NCBI GenBank assembly: GCA_964514175.1
Contig: CAZEPQ010000001.1
Span: 1-56,067 of the forward strand
Direction of reading: 5' to 3'
Length of the DNA stretch: 56,067 nt
DNA from: an uncultured Oscillospiraceae bacterium
GTDB taxonomy: Bacteria; Bacillota; Clostridia; Oscillospirales; Oscillospiraceae
The translations under genes and the position numbers were made by a program. Below the pieces are notes generated by a model. The model was not told the origin of the DNA, ran no database searches, and saw only the letters and a program-made list of their open reading frames with translations. Below, one piece after another: positions 38,788 through 48,097 of the stretch (position 1 is its first letter; each line of letters opens with the position of its first letter).

Positions 38788-40245
38788 ATGTCAAAAGTAT
38801 ATGTACCCTATGGATTGGCGGCCACCTGCGGCCCCGGCTGTCGTGCGGAAATCATTCCGGGAAAGGGCGGCTTCGGCGGTCCCCCCGATGTGTATCCTCT
38901 GCCGGACAACTATTGCTCTCCTCTTGCGGAACTGCCGGACTGGTTTACCTATGAGCCTCAGGCAGAAATCAGCCGGGAAGGGATTCAGCTGGGAGAAAAA
39001 GCTCAGATCCAGGGAACTCTCTCTGCGGAGCTTGCACAGGACATCACCATGAAAATTGACGAGCCCGGCGTCAACGGATTCGTTGTTAATGATGACTGTA
39101 AATATACCATCCGTAACGCAGTCATTGAACTCAACGGTGATGGCGTAGACGATTTTGCCGGCTACAGTGCCGGTGTCAAAGCGGCAAACTGCTCCACTGT
39201 GGTGCTGGAAAACACAAAGATTACCACGTCCGGTATCATCCGTCCCTGCACCTCTGCCACAGAGTACTCCACCATGATCATTCGCAACTGTGAACTCAAT
39301 ACCCTTGGCGGCCATTTGGACAAAACGCAGCCTGTCCGTCCCGGGGCAGGAAAAGCCATGAAGGAGCCACCTCCCGGCCTGGGGATCGGCGGAAATTGCC
39401 GTACGCATCTGTCCGTAGGCGATTCACATACCTATTTTTACGATTCCAAAATCTACGCAGAGGGTTGGGCCGGTCTTTCCACCGATGCGTGCTACGGGGA
39501 TCTCTATCTGGAAGCAAACCGCTGCGACGTGGAGATTCGTGGACTCGGCTATGCATCCTACTGCGACAACGGGGGCAATGTGGTACTCAACGATTCCAGA
39601 CTGAAAGCCACCGTGGGCGTGATCGTGGCAGGACAGTGCCGCGAATATCTCAATCGGTGTACCCTTGAAGCGGACCATTACGGCGCTCTGATCCACAGCG
39701 TCCACGGCAACACCCATCAGCTTGCAGAGCTTTCTGTAAACGGCGGTCGAATCCATACGGGCAGAGAATGCATGCTCATTAAGAGTCATAACGCATATCT
39801 GGACATTCGGGGTGCCGAGCTAACCTCTGACATTGGGACCCTGATTCATACCGTGGTAAATGACGACGCACATACAACGGAGCTTCCGGAATATGAACCG
39901 GTATACGGTGTAAAGGTTGCCCTTTCCGATATGACGGTGGAGGGAGATATTATCCACGAGGATGTTCAAAGAACGATGTCCCTTACCATGAAGCATGTAA
40001 ACATGCGGGGTCGGATTGAAAATGCTATCCTCGTCATGGATCCGGCAACCACTTGGGTTGCTACCGAAGATTCCCACGTGACAGTTACCGCCACAGGCCC
40101 TGTGGGTAATATCGATGCATTGGAGGGAGTTACAGTCTACGTCAAGGGCGATGTATATGCTCCTGGCACGGTTTTGAATCTCCCCTCTGGCGGCAAGCTG
40201 ATTTCTGTAGATATTCCACCCCAGCATCTGGAGTTATCCTTCTAA
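38788..40245 (+). CDS. parallel beta-helix repeat protein, paralog P2 (485 aa, no signal peptide), function unknown
   Basis: LNGDGVDDFAGYSAGVKA, PPGLGIGGNCRTHL, WAGLSTDA and GYASYCD align with P1 (13432-15477). AGGAGG RBS. Confidence 0.55.
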   Translation: MSKVYVPYGLAATCGPGCRAEIIPGKGGFGGPPDVYPLPDNYCSPLAELPDWFTYEPQAEISREGIQLGEKAQIQGTLSAELAQDITMKIDEPGVNGFVVNDDCKYTIRNAVIELNGDGVDDFAGYSAGVKAANCSTVVLENTKITTSGIIRPCTSATEYSTMIIRNCELNTLGGHLDKTQPVRPGAGKAMKEPPPGLGIGGNCRTHLSVGDSHTYFYDSKIYAEGWAGLSTDACYGDLYLEANRCDVEIRGLGYASYCDNGGNVVLNDSRLKATVGVIVAGQCREYLNRCTLEADHYGALIHSVHGNTHQLAELSVNGGRIHTGRECMLIKSHNAYLDIRGAELTSDIGTLIHTVVNDDAHTTELPEYEPVYGVKVALSDMTVEGDIIHEDVQRTMSLTMKHVNMRGRIENAILVMDPATTWVATEDSHVTVTATGPVGNIDALEGVTVYVKGDVYAPGTVLNLPSGGKLISVDIPPQHLELSF

Positions 40246-40309
40246 GGGGTGCCATATCCCCAAACCCGCACAAGCATACAGAACCACTAACCTTTTGAGA
40301 AATACGAAA

Positions 40310-40351
40310 CAGGGGCGATTTTGCGAGAGTTTTCTCACAAAATCGCCCCTG
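40310..40351 (+). terminator. hairpin terminator after the ABC/flavodoxin/beta-helix operon
   Basis: ~18-bp stem caggggcgattttgcgaga / tctcacaaaatcgcccctg with one mismatch. The T tract is weak. Confidence 0.45.
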
Positions 40352-40599
40352 ACTCGTCTGTTATTCTGGCGAATACCACAAATCATCGGACTGCCTCTTT
40401 TTTTCTGCAATCTAAATTCAAGTAGGATAAGTTTGGCAGCGTACTACCCCGGGGGCCAATAAAAGCTTGTGGGCATCCTCCACATCTCGTTTTCCCGCTT
40501 TTATGCCTCTACCCCTCTTATTTCCCCCTATCGCTCACGAATGTCTGCAGGATAAAGTAAAAACGACATTGCGTTACACATGAATTGAAGGGATTTCAG

Positions 40600-40628
40600 T
40601 TGTGATTTACTTCCGCCTGCGCTATAAT
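40600..40628 (+). promoter_or_regulatory. sigma-A type promoter for AraC-3
   Basis: TTGTGA, 17-nt spacer, TATAAT (40623-40628). Confidence 0.45.
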
Positions 40629-40684
40629 AGACATCGAGATCGAAATATCTAACCGTCGAATCAATGACACAAAGAGGTAGCAGA

Positions 40685-41929
40685 ATGAGACTATCAGAAT
40701 GTATTTTCTACACGGGAACCGAAAAAAGAACCTTCTCGGACTATGTTAGGGCTCGGGATATGGTTGACGAACTGTTTACTCACTCCGATGGCTTATCTGA
40801 GCTGTACCTGGCAGAACTTCAGGCGGTTGGGGTCGATTTGCCGAAGCCGCCCATCCGGGTCATTACCATAACCCCTGCCATGGGAACAGAGACATTTTCC
40901 ATTCAGCATGCGGAAACCTTTGCAAAGGACATGATGGATGCGCTGCCGAGATATCTTAGGACACACGGCCTTTTCTATTACATTAACAGCCGCATTCAAG
41001 GCGTAGTCGCCGAAGATTCAGCTTTTGGAATTCAGGATATTTATTTGGGCCTAAAGGAACTGGTTGCCGGAGCGGGTGGAGTTCGTACGCCCCATGCGTC
41101 TATCAGCAATCGGTATGACTCCCTGTGGGAGATTAGCCGTGGCTGTGAGGAAAACCAGGAAGCCCATGTATTTGCACGGTTTCTTCAGAAACCTGTAGAG
41201 CTGCTGGTACAGCCGAAGGATCTGCATCTTCAGGGGGATGACATACCCCAGGACGAGGACGAGGAATTCTTTGGTCAGATTTCCCAGAAGATCTGCAATG
41301 CCATGGTGACAGAGGACCGGGAGCGGGTTCACAGGGCATTAGACGAAGCCCTGCATTTTATGGTCGGCAAATTCCCACGGGTCTCCGGGGTCCATATGCG
41401 TGCGCTTCGATTCTGCCATGCGCTGGAACTGACGCTGGTGGGAGCAGACCTGATCGACAGGCTGTTTATCCAGCAGTTTCGGCTGTTACAGGAGGTTATC
41501 GAGGCCGAAAACGAACATGCACTTCGAGAAACCTTCCACAAGAAAATGGATGAGATTTGCGACTATGCCCAGCAGCGCAAGGATCTTCAGCAGAGTGCCC
41601 ATATGCGTCAGATCATGGAATACATTGAGCGGAATTTGACAGACTCCATGTTATCCATTGCAAGCATTGCAGAGAATTTTCACATGACCGAGGAAAAGCT
41701 GTCCTCCACCTTCCGTGGCTACTTCCAGGAAAGCATTCCCAATGTCATCCACCAGAAACGGGTAGAATACATCAAAGAGCAACTTCTGACCACGAAGAAA
41801 TCTGTTCGTGATATCTGCTTTGATGCAGGCTATATCAGCATTGCCACCATGAACCGGGCGTTTTCCAGGATCGAGGGAATGTACCCCGGACGGTATCGGC
41901 AGGAATATCGCAAAAGGAAAGGAATATGA
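40685..41929 (+). CDS. AraC-family regulator with long receiver-less N-terminal domain (AraC-3)
   Basis: C-terminal HTH pair ...LSIASIAENFHMTEEKLSSTFRG...VRDICFDAGYISIATMNRAFSRI. AAAGAGG sits upstream of the ATG at 40685. An alternative ATG lies at 40664. Confidence 0.85.
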   Translation: MRLSECIFYTGTEKRTFSDYVRARDMVDELFTHSDGLSELYLAELQAVGVDLPKPPIRVITITPAMGTETFSIQHAETFAKDMMDALPRYLRTHGLFYYINSRIQGVVAEDSAFGIQDIYLGLKELVAGAGGVRTPHASISNRYDSLWEISRGCEENQEAHVFARFLQKPVELLVQPKDLHLQGDDIPQDEDEEFFGQISQKICNAMVTEDRERVHRALDEALHFMVGKFPRVSGVHMRALRFCHALELTLVGADLIDRLFIQQFRLLQEVIEAENEHALRETFHKKMDEICDYAQQRKDLQQSAHMRQIMEYIERNLTDSMLSIASIAENFHMTEEKLSSTFRGYFQESIPNVIHQKRVEYIKEQLLTTKKSVRDICFDAGYISIATMNRAFSRIEGMYPGRYRQEYRKRKGI

Positions 41930-41933
41930 TTGT

Positions 41934-41960
41934 AAGGACGGCCTGCGGGTCGTCCTTTTT
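41934..41960 (+). terminator. terminator after AraC-3
   Basis: Stem aaggacg / cgtcctt followed by TTTTT. Confidence 0.55.
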
Positions 41961-42000
41961 GCTCATTTTCGGGCAAAACTGCTCATTTGGGAGTCTTATA

Positions 42001-42029
42001 TTTACATTAATTTGTGCCTTTTTTATAAT
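42001..42029 (+). promoter_or_regulatory. near-consensus sigma-A promoter of the plus-strand NTF2 operon
   Basis: TTTACA (42001-42006), 17-nt spacer, TATAAT (42024-42029). Lies ~70 nt upstream of the first NTF2 gene. Confidence 0.55.
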
Positions 42030-42097
42030 TTAGATGTATCACTGTTTCTGAATAGAGCTTTTTCTGAACAGCTCCATCCTACAGAAAGCGAGGTCGA

Positions 42098-42841
42098 ATG
42101 ATGAAATCTTTAACAAGCGAGCAATTGGTCGGTATCTTTGAGGATCAGCGAGATTTAAAAAATCTCATGGGTAAGATCTGCTATACCATCCTCCTGAAGC
42201 AGGAGAAGGATATGGTTCAGCAGTTCTGGTCCCAAAGAGCGGACGTTTGCCTGGGCACCAATGCAGGTTATTATGACGGCGCTGATGCGGTCAAGGGATA
42301 TTACGAGGCTGTCCATCAGCACACAGTGGAGGCAACTGAATTTCTGAAAAAGGCTTTCCCGGATCGGATGGGAAAGCTTACCGAAGAGGAACAGTTCGGC
42401 GCCGGCTCCATGGACGTCAAGCCCATGGATACCGCCGTCATTGAGATCGCCGGAGACGGGGAAACCGCCAAGGGAATCTGGTATTCTCGTGGCACCTACA
42501 ACGATTTGACAGAGCAGGGACCTCTGGCCTTCTGGAAGCTGGGCGTCTATGCCTGTGACTTTGTCCGGGAAGATGGTCAGTGGAAGGTATGGCATATGCT
42601 GAATCTGACGGACGTACTGGTTCCCGGCGGAAGAAGCTGGGCAGACGCCGAAATCGAGCCCTATCCCGATCTTCCGGAATGGGCCGGGGCCAAGTCCTTT
42701 GTACCTCCGGCACCCAATCGTCCCCAGGTATTGCGGGAGGTTTATTATCCAGGCCGCCCCATGGCACCCCTGCCGGAGCCCCCGGTGCCCTATGAGACAT
42801 TTGCCGACACATTCTCCTACGGCTGCGAAAAGGAGGCTTGA
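42098..42841 (+). CDS. NTF2-like protein, subfamily A, copy 2
   Basis: FWSQRADVCLGTNAGYYDGADAVKGYY, GPLAFW, EDGQWKVWHML, and tail PVPYETFADTFSYG. Confidence 0.7.
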   Translation: MMKSLTSEQLVGIFEDQRDLKNLMGKICYTILLKQEKDMVQQFWSQRADVCLGTNAGYYDGADAVKGYYEAVHQHTVEATEFLKKAFPDRMGKLTEEEQFGAGSMDVKPMDTAVIEIAGDGETAKGIWYSRGTYNDLTEQGPLAFWKLGVYACDFVREDGQWKVWHMLNLTDVLVPGGRSWADAEIEPYPDLPEWAGAKSFVPPAPNRPQVLREVYYPGRPMAPLPEPPVPYETFADTFSYGCEKEA

Positions 42842-42843
42842 AC

Positions 42844-43617
42844 ATGAATTACTACGAGGACAGACAGTATACCGATGATGAATTGATCATTCGGGTAATG
42901 GATAAAGAAGAAATTAAAAAACTCATGGCCCGCCGTGCCTTCTACTATGCAGGTGACCAGCGCCGCCGGGAGCTGGATGAACTGTGGGTCAGCACCCCGG
43001 AATACAAAACATCCGCATCCTATGGCCGCAACTGGGGTTATTATGTGGGCATGGATTCCATCGCAAATTATTATGTGATCGAACACACCAAAAAGCAGTA
43101 TGCGCTCCTTGAGGCCATTCATGCGGTTAAGCCTGAGGTGGAAGTGAACAATCTGAACCTGGGCTACGGCGCCTGTTCCTTCCATACTGTGACCACCCCC
43201 ATGATCTACATTGCCGGAGACGGAAAAACTGCCCGTGGCCTGTGGTATACCCCCGGACACGAAACCCTGATGCAGCCGGATGGCACCGCCAAGGCCTACT
43301 GGACCATGGACAATATGGCTGCTGACTTTGTTAAGGAAAACGGTCAGTGGAAGATCTGGCATCTGGTCGTGTGCAGCGACTTCTTTGTGGAAGCCGGAAC
43401 AGACTTTAAGACCGGCACCCTGGAACCGCTGACCGGACCCGATCCCTTCCGGGATGAGTTCGGCACCCCTGACATCCCCATGACGGTCCACAATCCCCGC
43501 TATAATCTCTCTGACAACTATCCCCCCATGCCTCTGCCTTATGACACCTACACTGTAGCCGGAAGCATGGCGCCGGAGGGACATCCCAACTATAAGAAGG
43601 AGGTTCTGAAACGATGA
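42844..43617 (+). CDS. NTF2-like protein, subfamily B, copy 2
   Basis: AGGAGG (42831-42836) lies 7 nt upstream of the ATG at 42844. EEIKKLMARRAFYYAGDQ, LWVS...SASYGRNWGYYVG, ENGQWKIWHLV. Confidence 0.7.
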   Translation: MNYYEDRQYTDDELIIRVMDKEEIKKLMARRAFYYAGDQRRRELDELWVSTPEYKTSASYGRNWGYYVGMDSIANYYVIEHTKKQYALLEAIHAVKPEVEVNNLNLGYGACSFHTVTTPMIYIAGDGKTARGLWYTPGHETLMQPDGTAKAYWTMDNMAADFVKENGQWKIWHLVVCSDFFVEAGTDFKTGTLEPLTGPDPFRDEFGTPDIPMTVHNPRYNLSDNYPPMPLPYDTYTVAGSMAPEGHPNYKKEVLKR

Positions 43618-44522
43618 AGACCCATCTGAGCTTACATCAGCGCATCCATAACGCCGACGGCAGCCAGCAGATTGAGAATCTCAAAGCCATCCATGCCTAT
43701 ACCCACGCCAGAAACTGGCCTGTGGAAGAATGGGATAACATTTGGGACCTGTCTGACGATTGCTCCTGGGCCCACGGCTTTGGCCGGTGGAGAGGCGGCT
43801 ATAAGGTCTATCTGAACTCCGTGACCGAGTGGGACATTCCTACCTTCACAAACTACATGAAGCTCTATAAGCTCTATCCCGATGTTATGGGTATGGATCC
43901 CAGACCTCTAAACTTCTCTCCCGTGCATAATCTCTCCAGCGAGATCATCGAGGTGGCGGACGACGGAAAGTCTGCCCGTGGCGCTTTCCTGACCCCCGGC
44001 AACATCTATGAATACTTGAAGCCTCAGCAGCGCCGCCGTGCCATCTTCATGTGGGAGCGCTATGGCGCCGACTTCGTCTGTGACGAGAACGGACACTGGA
44101 AGTACCTCCACGAGCATGTCTGCCCGGATTTCCAGGGCAACTATGACGACGCAAACTGGGGCCTAGAGGCATATCATCTTGCCACAAATCCCAATATGCG
44201 CAACTCCGCATCGCCTCCCCCGGATGCGGATGCAGCCGGTGCCGGCCCCAACAGTGTCAACTCCACCCCCAAGGATAAGGGCGAAGGCGGACCCGGTGGT
44301 CCCGGTGGCCCTGGCGGTCCTGGCGGAGCAGCACCGGAAGGCCCTCCCCCGGATACCGGTGGAGCTGGCCCGAGAGATATGATGCTGGATGATCCCGGCC
44401 CCCTGCATCGGGAGTATGAGTTCCTGATGCCCATTCAGAACACCTGTCCCTGGCCCGAGCCCTACGAGACCCTGGACAATAACAACACCTATACACCTTT
44501 TATCGGAAAAGACCGCCTGTAA
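43614..44522 (+). CDS. NTF2-like protein, subfamily C, copy 2, with Gly/Pro-rich segment
   Basis: ATGA overlap with the B2 stop. IEVADDGKS, WERYGADFVCDENGHWKYLHEHVCPD, GEGGPGGPGGPGGPGGAAPEGPPPD, and tail PWPEPYETLDNN. Confidence 0.7.
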   Translation: MKTHLSLHQRIHNADGSQQIENLKAIHAYTHARNWPVEEWDNIWDLSDDCSWAHGFGRWRGGYKVYLNSVTEWDIPTFTNYMKLYKLYPDVMGMDPRPLNFSPVHNLSSEIIEVADDGKSARGAFLTPGNIYEYLKPQQRRRAIFMWERYGADFVCDENGHWKYLHEHVCPDFQGNYDDANWGLEAYHLATNPNMRNSASPPPDADAAGAGPNSVNSTPKDKGEGGPGGPGGPGGPGGAAPEGPPPDTGGAGPRDMMLDDPGPLHREYEFLMPIQNTCPWPEPYETLDNNNTYTPFIGKDRL

Positions 44523-44543
44523 CGAAAGAAAGGAGACCTGCAA

Positions 44544-45434
44544 ATGACTGTTGAAGAACGCCTGGAAATTCTCGAAAAACAAGTTCAGCGCAACAAGGAC
44601 TACAATGAGATCCAGAATCTAATGGCCCGGTATGAATTCTTCCATTCCTGCGGACAGGATTCCTACATTGCCCGGAACCTCTTTGCCTACTGGCATCCCG
44701 ATGCAAATTCTGAATATGGGCCTCTGGGCGTGTTCGATGCCCAGGGATCTGTGGATTTCTTTGATAACCAGTCCTGCATGATGACCGACGGCACTTTCTA
44801 CCGTCCCGCCAAGGGTAACGCTATCATCCATCAGGTCACCACCCCCTGCATTGAAATTGCAGAGGACGGCATGTCCGCCAAGGGCACCTGGCTTTCCATC
44901 GGCGGCGAGCTTATGGGCGGCGATATGTACATGGGCCCCATGATCGCCCCCGGAGAGGAACTCCCCGCAGAGATGCCCAAGCCCCCCATGCCTCCTGCCG
45001 GCGGTGAAAAGAAGGAAGGCCCTCCGCCCCAGCAGGGCAGCGGCTTCCGCATCGACTTTGCCTACTATGCCGAGGATTTCATCAAGGATGAAAACGGCAA
45101 GTGGTGGATCCTCCATCACCATGTCTGTGACCGCTGGACCGCAGAGCTGGATACGGATTTCCTCCGGAATGTGAAATCCGGTCAGAAGAAGGCGCGGGAA
45201 TGGATGACCCAGGAGAAGATCGACGCCGCAAAGGGTCAGCCCGCAAAGCCCGGCGCACAGCCTTCTGCACCCACCACCTACCATTACGAGCTGGATAAGG
45301 ATCATGGCATTCCTTACTTCCCCGTGCCCCCAGAACCCTACACCACCCTGTCCGAGGCAAAGAGCTTCCTGCCTCAGGATTGGACCGATACCTATGACTT
45401 TATGAAAAAATTCCTAGATGAGGGGAATTTGTAA
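44544..45434 (+). CDS. NTF2-like protein, fourth type (D), BaiE-like N-terminus with internal Pro-rich insertion
   Basis: MTVEERLEILEKQVQRNKDYNEIQNLMARYEFF, IEIAEDGMSAKGTW, DENGKWWILHHHVCD, insert PMIAPGEELPAEMPKPPMPPAGGEKKEGPPPQQG, and tail PPEPYTTLSEA. AAAGGAG RBS. Confidence 0.7.
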   Translation: MTVEERLEILEKQVQRNKDYNEIQNLMARYEFFHSCGQDSYIARNLFAYWHPDANSEYGPLGVFDAQGSVDFFDNQSCMMTDGTFYRPAKGNAIIHQVTTPCIEIAEDGMSAKGTWLSIGGELMGGDMYMGPMIAPGEELPAEMPKPPMPPAGGEKKEGPPPQQGSGFRIDFAYYAEDFIKDENGKWWILHHHVCDRWTAELDTDFLRNVKSGQKKAREWMTQEKIDAAKGQPAKPGAQPSAPTTYHYELDKDHGIPYFPVPPEPYTTLSEAKSFLPQDWTDTYDFMKKFLDEGNL

Positions 45435-45473
45435 TCCGGCGCACTCATCAAAACTAAGTAAAGGAGAATTGTT

Positions 45474-47177
45474 ATGAAGAAATTACTCGCACTGCTGCTT
45501 GCACTTTGCATGGTATTCTCTCTGGTTGCCTGCGGCGGCGCTGCCAGCACCGCTGAAGAAGCCACCGCTTCTGCCGAAGAGACCCAGGCTTCCGAGCCCG
45601 TTGCAGAAGAAGCTCCGGCCGTGGAGGAGGCTGCTCCTGTCGAAGAAGCACCCTCTGCCGCAGAGGAAGCCCCTGTTGAAGAGGCCGGCCCTCAGAAGGT
45701 TGCGGTTGAGCTTCCCATCGTGGATGAGCCCACAACCTATACCATCTGGTACAGCGAACCCTTCGCAGAATATGTTGAGAATCCCGCAGAGGATGTTGGC
45801 GTGTTCGTTTCTCTGGCAGAGCGCACGAATATCAGCTTTGAGTTCAACCTGGCAAGCGTTGATACTGCCAGTGAGAAGTTCCAGCTCATGTTTGCATCCG
45901 ATGACCTGCCCGATGTGATCACCGATGCCATGCAGTATTATTCCGGCAGTATCGACGATGCTGTTTACGAGGATGCATTCCTGTATGATTACTCTGGCGA
46001 TCTCGACTCCATGCCCAACTACAGCTACACCCTGAATCAGTATGTGGAAGCCAAGAAGACCCTGACCAGCGAATCCGGCGCCATGGTATCCTTCCCTGAA
46101 ATGTATGAAGACATCGGCGATATTGATGGATTTATGATTCGCAAGGACTTCCTGGAAGGCTCCGGCCTGGATATTCCCACCACCTACGAAGAGTTCCATG
46201 AGCTCCTGACCGTAGTTTACAATCAGACCGGCGCAGGCCTGGGCCTGTCCTCCTCCGGCGGCGACAGCAAGCTGGGCGCAGGCTTCGGCATCAACACCGG
46301 CCTGGATGACGAGGATATTTCCGGCTGGTACCTGGACGGCGATACCGTTATGCTGGGCATCCTCCAGCCCGAGTTCCTGGATTACCTTGAGATGGTAAGC
46401 GAATGGTATGCTGAAGGCATTATTTATCAGGACTTTGTAAGCCTGGATCAGGCTGATCTGTCCGGTATTTTCAGCGGCCAGGTTTCCATTAACATTAAGG
46501 TTCCTGAAATCGTGGAAGTTTCCAACAAGGTTATCGGCGTTGAAATGGTAGCTATGGCTATGCCTCGCCAGAACGCTGGTGACGAGCTGCACATCTGCGG
46601 CGGCGCTACCTCTTGCCTGATGGATGCAAACTGCTGGAGCATTAACGTAAATGTTGACGACCCCACGCCTCTGCTTCAGCTTATCGACTACATGTACTCT
46701 GACGAGGGCTACTACCTGATGAACTACGGTGAGGAAGGCTTCTCTTATAACATGGTGGATGGCGAACCTGTTTTCACCGACATTGTTATCGCAAATCCCG
46801 ACGGTTACGATTATGCGCTGGCTGCTTATCTGTACGCCACCTCCAACCGTACTCGCCTGCCCTTCCTCAGCGACTATGACCGTTGCTTCGCACAGTACAC
46901 CGATGCTCAGTGGGATGCCATCAACATCTACGCAGAGGACTGCGACCATGCTGCTGACTTCCCCAACGGTGCTATTATGACCACCGAGCAGAAGGAAGCC
47001 TATAATACTGTTGCTTCCGATATTTCCACATATATCGCAGAACACGTTCTGAAGTTCATCTATGGCCAGACCGACCTGTCCGAGTGGGACGCATTTGTCC
47101 AGACCCTTTACGACATGGGCATCGAAACTGCCATTGCTGCAAAACAGGCTGCATACGACGATTATCTGGCTGCCTAA
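45474..47177 (+). CDS. large extracellular solute-binding lipoprotein (ABC family-1), orphan
   Basis: MKKLLALLLALCMVFSLVACGG lipobox, an acidic linker EEATASAEETQASEPVAEEAPAVEEAAPVEEAPSAAEEAPVEE, and 567 aa. AAAGGAG RBS. Confidence 0.85.
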   Translation: MKKLLALLLALCMVFSLVACGGAASTAEEATASAEETQASEPVAEEAPAVEEAAPVEEAPSAAEEAPVEEAGPQKVAVELPIVDEPTTYTIWYSEPFAEYVENPAEDVGVFVSLAERTNISFEFNLASVDTASEKFQLMFASDDLPDVITDAMQYYSGSIDDAVYEDAFLYDYSGDLDSMPNYSYTLNQYVEAKKTLTSESGAMVSFPEMYEDIGDIDGFMIRKDFLEGSGLDIPTTYEEFHELLTVVYNQTGAGLGLSSSGGDSKLGAGFGINTGLDDEDISGWYLDGDTVMLGILQPEFLDYLEMVSEWYAEGIIYQDFVSLDQADLSGIFSGQVSINIKVPEIVEVSNKVIGVEMVAMAMPRQNAGDELHICGGATSCLMDANCWSINVNVDDPTPLLQLIDYMYSDEGYYLMNYGEEGFSYNMVDGEPVFTDIVIANPDGYDYALAAYLYATSNRTRLPFLSDYDRCFAQYTDAQWDAINIYAEDCDHAADFPNGAIMTTEQKEAYNTVASDISTYIAEHVLKFIYGQTDLSEWDAFVQTLYDMGIETAIAAKQAAYDDYLAA

Positions 47178-47192
47178 ACCATAGGAATTACA

Positions 47193-47246
47193 AGGTGCTG
47201 TCTCAAAATGATTCTCAGGAATCAAAAGAGGCAGCACCTCTTTTTT
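47193..47246 (+). terminator. rho-independent terminator of the plus-strand NTF2/SBP operon
   Basis: 12-bp stem aggtgctgtctc / gaggcagcacct followed by CTTTTTT. Confidence 0.65.
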
Positions 47247-47405
47247 ACAATCAGACGCAACAAAGAATTTGCATCAGTGGTAGATTCTTTTTGCATTTGT
47301 GGTACAATAATACCGTGAAGAAGTATACCGCCTGGCATACTTTTATATTTTGTGTCTCTGAGAACGGCCCCGTCGTTCCCAAAGAAAAGGAAGGAGAACG
47401 AGGTA

Positions 47406-47831
47406 ATGTATGAAATCGAAAAGGTAATTCACGCCGGGATCAGCGTTTACAACATGCAGCAGAGCCTTGCGTGGTACGCCGATAATCTGGGGTTTCAGTT
47501 GCTCAGGGACGACGGCTTTATCCCCCCGCTGGAAGCACATATATGTTTTTTGGAGAAAGACGGTTTTCAGATTGAACTGTTTGAGTACAAGACCCCCAAA
47601 CCGCTGCCCACGGATCGCCTCATGCCAAATTCAGACCTGCAGACAGTCGGTACAAAGCATATCGCCTTTTCCGTAAAAGGCATGGATGAATTAAAAAGCA
47701 AGCTGGTACAGAACGGTACCGAAATTGCACTGGAAACAGAGATGAACGGCACGCGTGTGCTATTCATCCGGGACTGTAACGGCGTGCTGATCGAGCTTCT
47801 GGAACCTCCCCAGGAAGAAGTCACCCTGTAA
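47406..47831 (+). CDS. VOC / glyoxalase-bleomycin-resistance-dioxygenase superfamily protein
   Basis: 141 aa. IHAGISVYNMQQSLAWYADNLGF...HICFL...GFQIELFE...GTKHIAFSV...NGVLIELLE shows the paired beta-alpha-beta-beta-beta pattern. GGAGAA RBS before the ATG at 47406. Confidence 0.8.
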   Translation: MYEIEKVIHAGISVYNMQQSLAWYADNLGFQLLRDDGFIPPLEAHICFLEKDGFQIELFEYKTPKPLPTDRLMPNSDLQTVGTKHIAFSVKGMDELKSKLVQNGTEIALETEMNGTRVLFIRDCNGVLIELLEPPQEEVTL

Positions 47832-48097
47832 AAACAATTTGCGTTCAGAGGCATCTGGGGACGGTTGTGCTGGCCGAAAAGGACAGAGCAGAGCCTGAAT
47901 ATGACCACCGCCCCTTTCGAGCTGGGTGTGTAGAGTCTGTGCAAACAATATACCGCTGGTCGGAGCAGTCCATGACTTCACCTGTCTGCAAGTGGGAAAG
48001 AACTATTTTTTCTACCCACTCAGAAAACTATAATGGGGTTATGAAAGGAAATCGTTATGCGGCGCAGATCCGGAAATTGTTGTGTATCTGCACTGAT

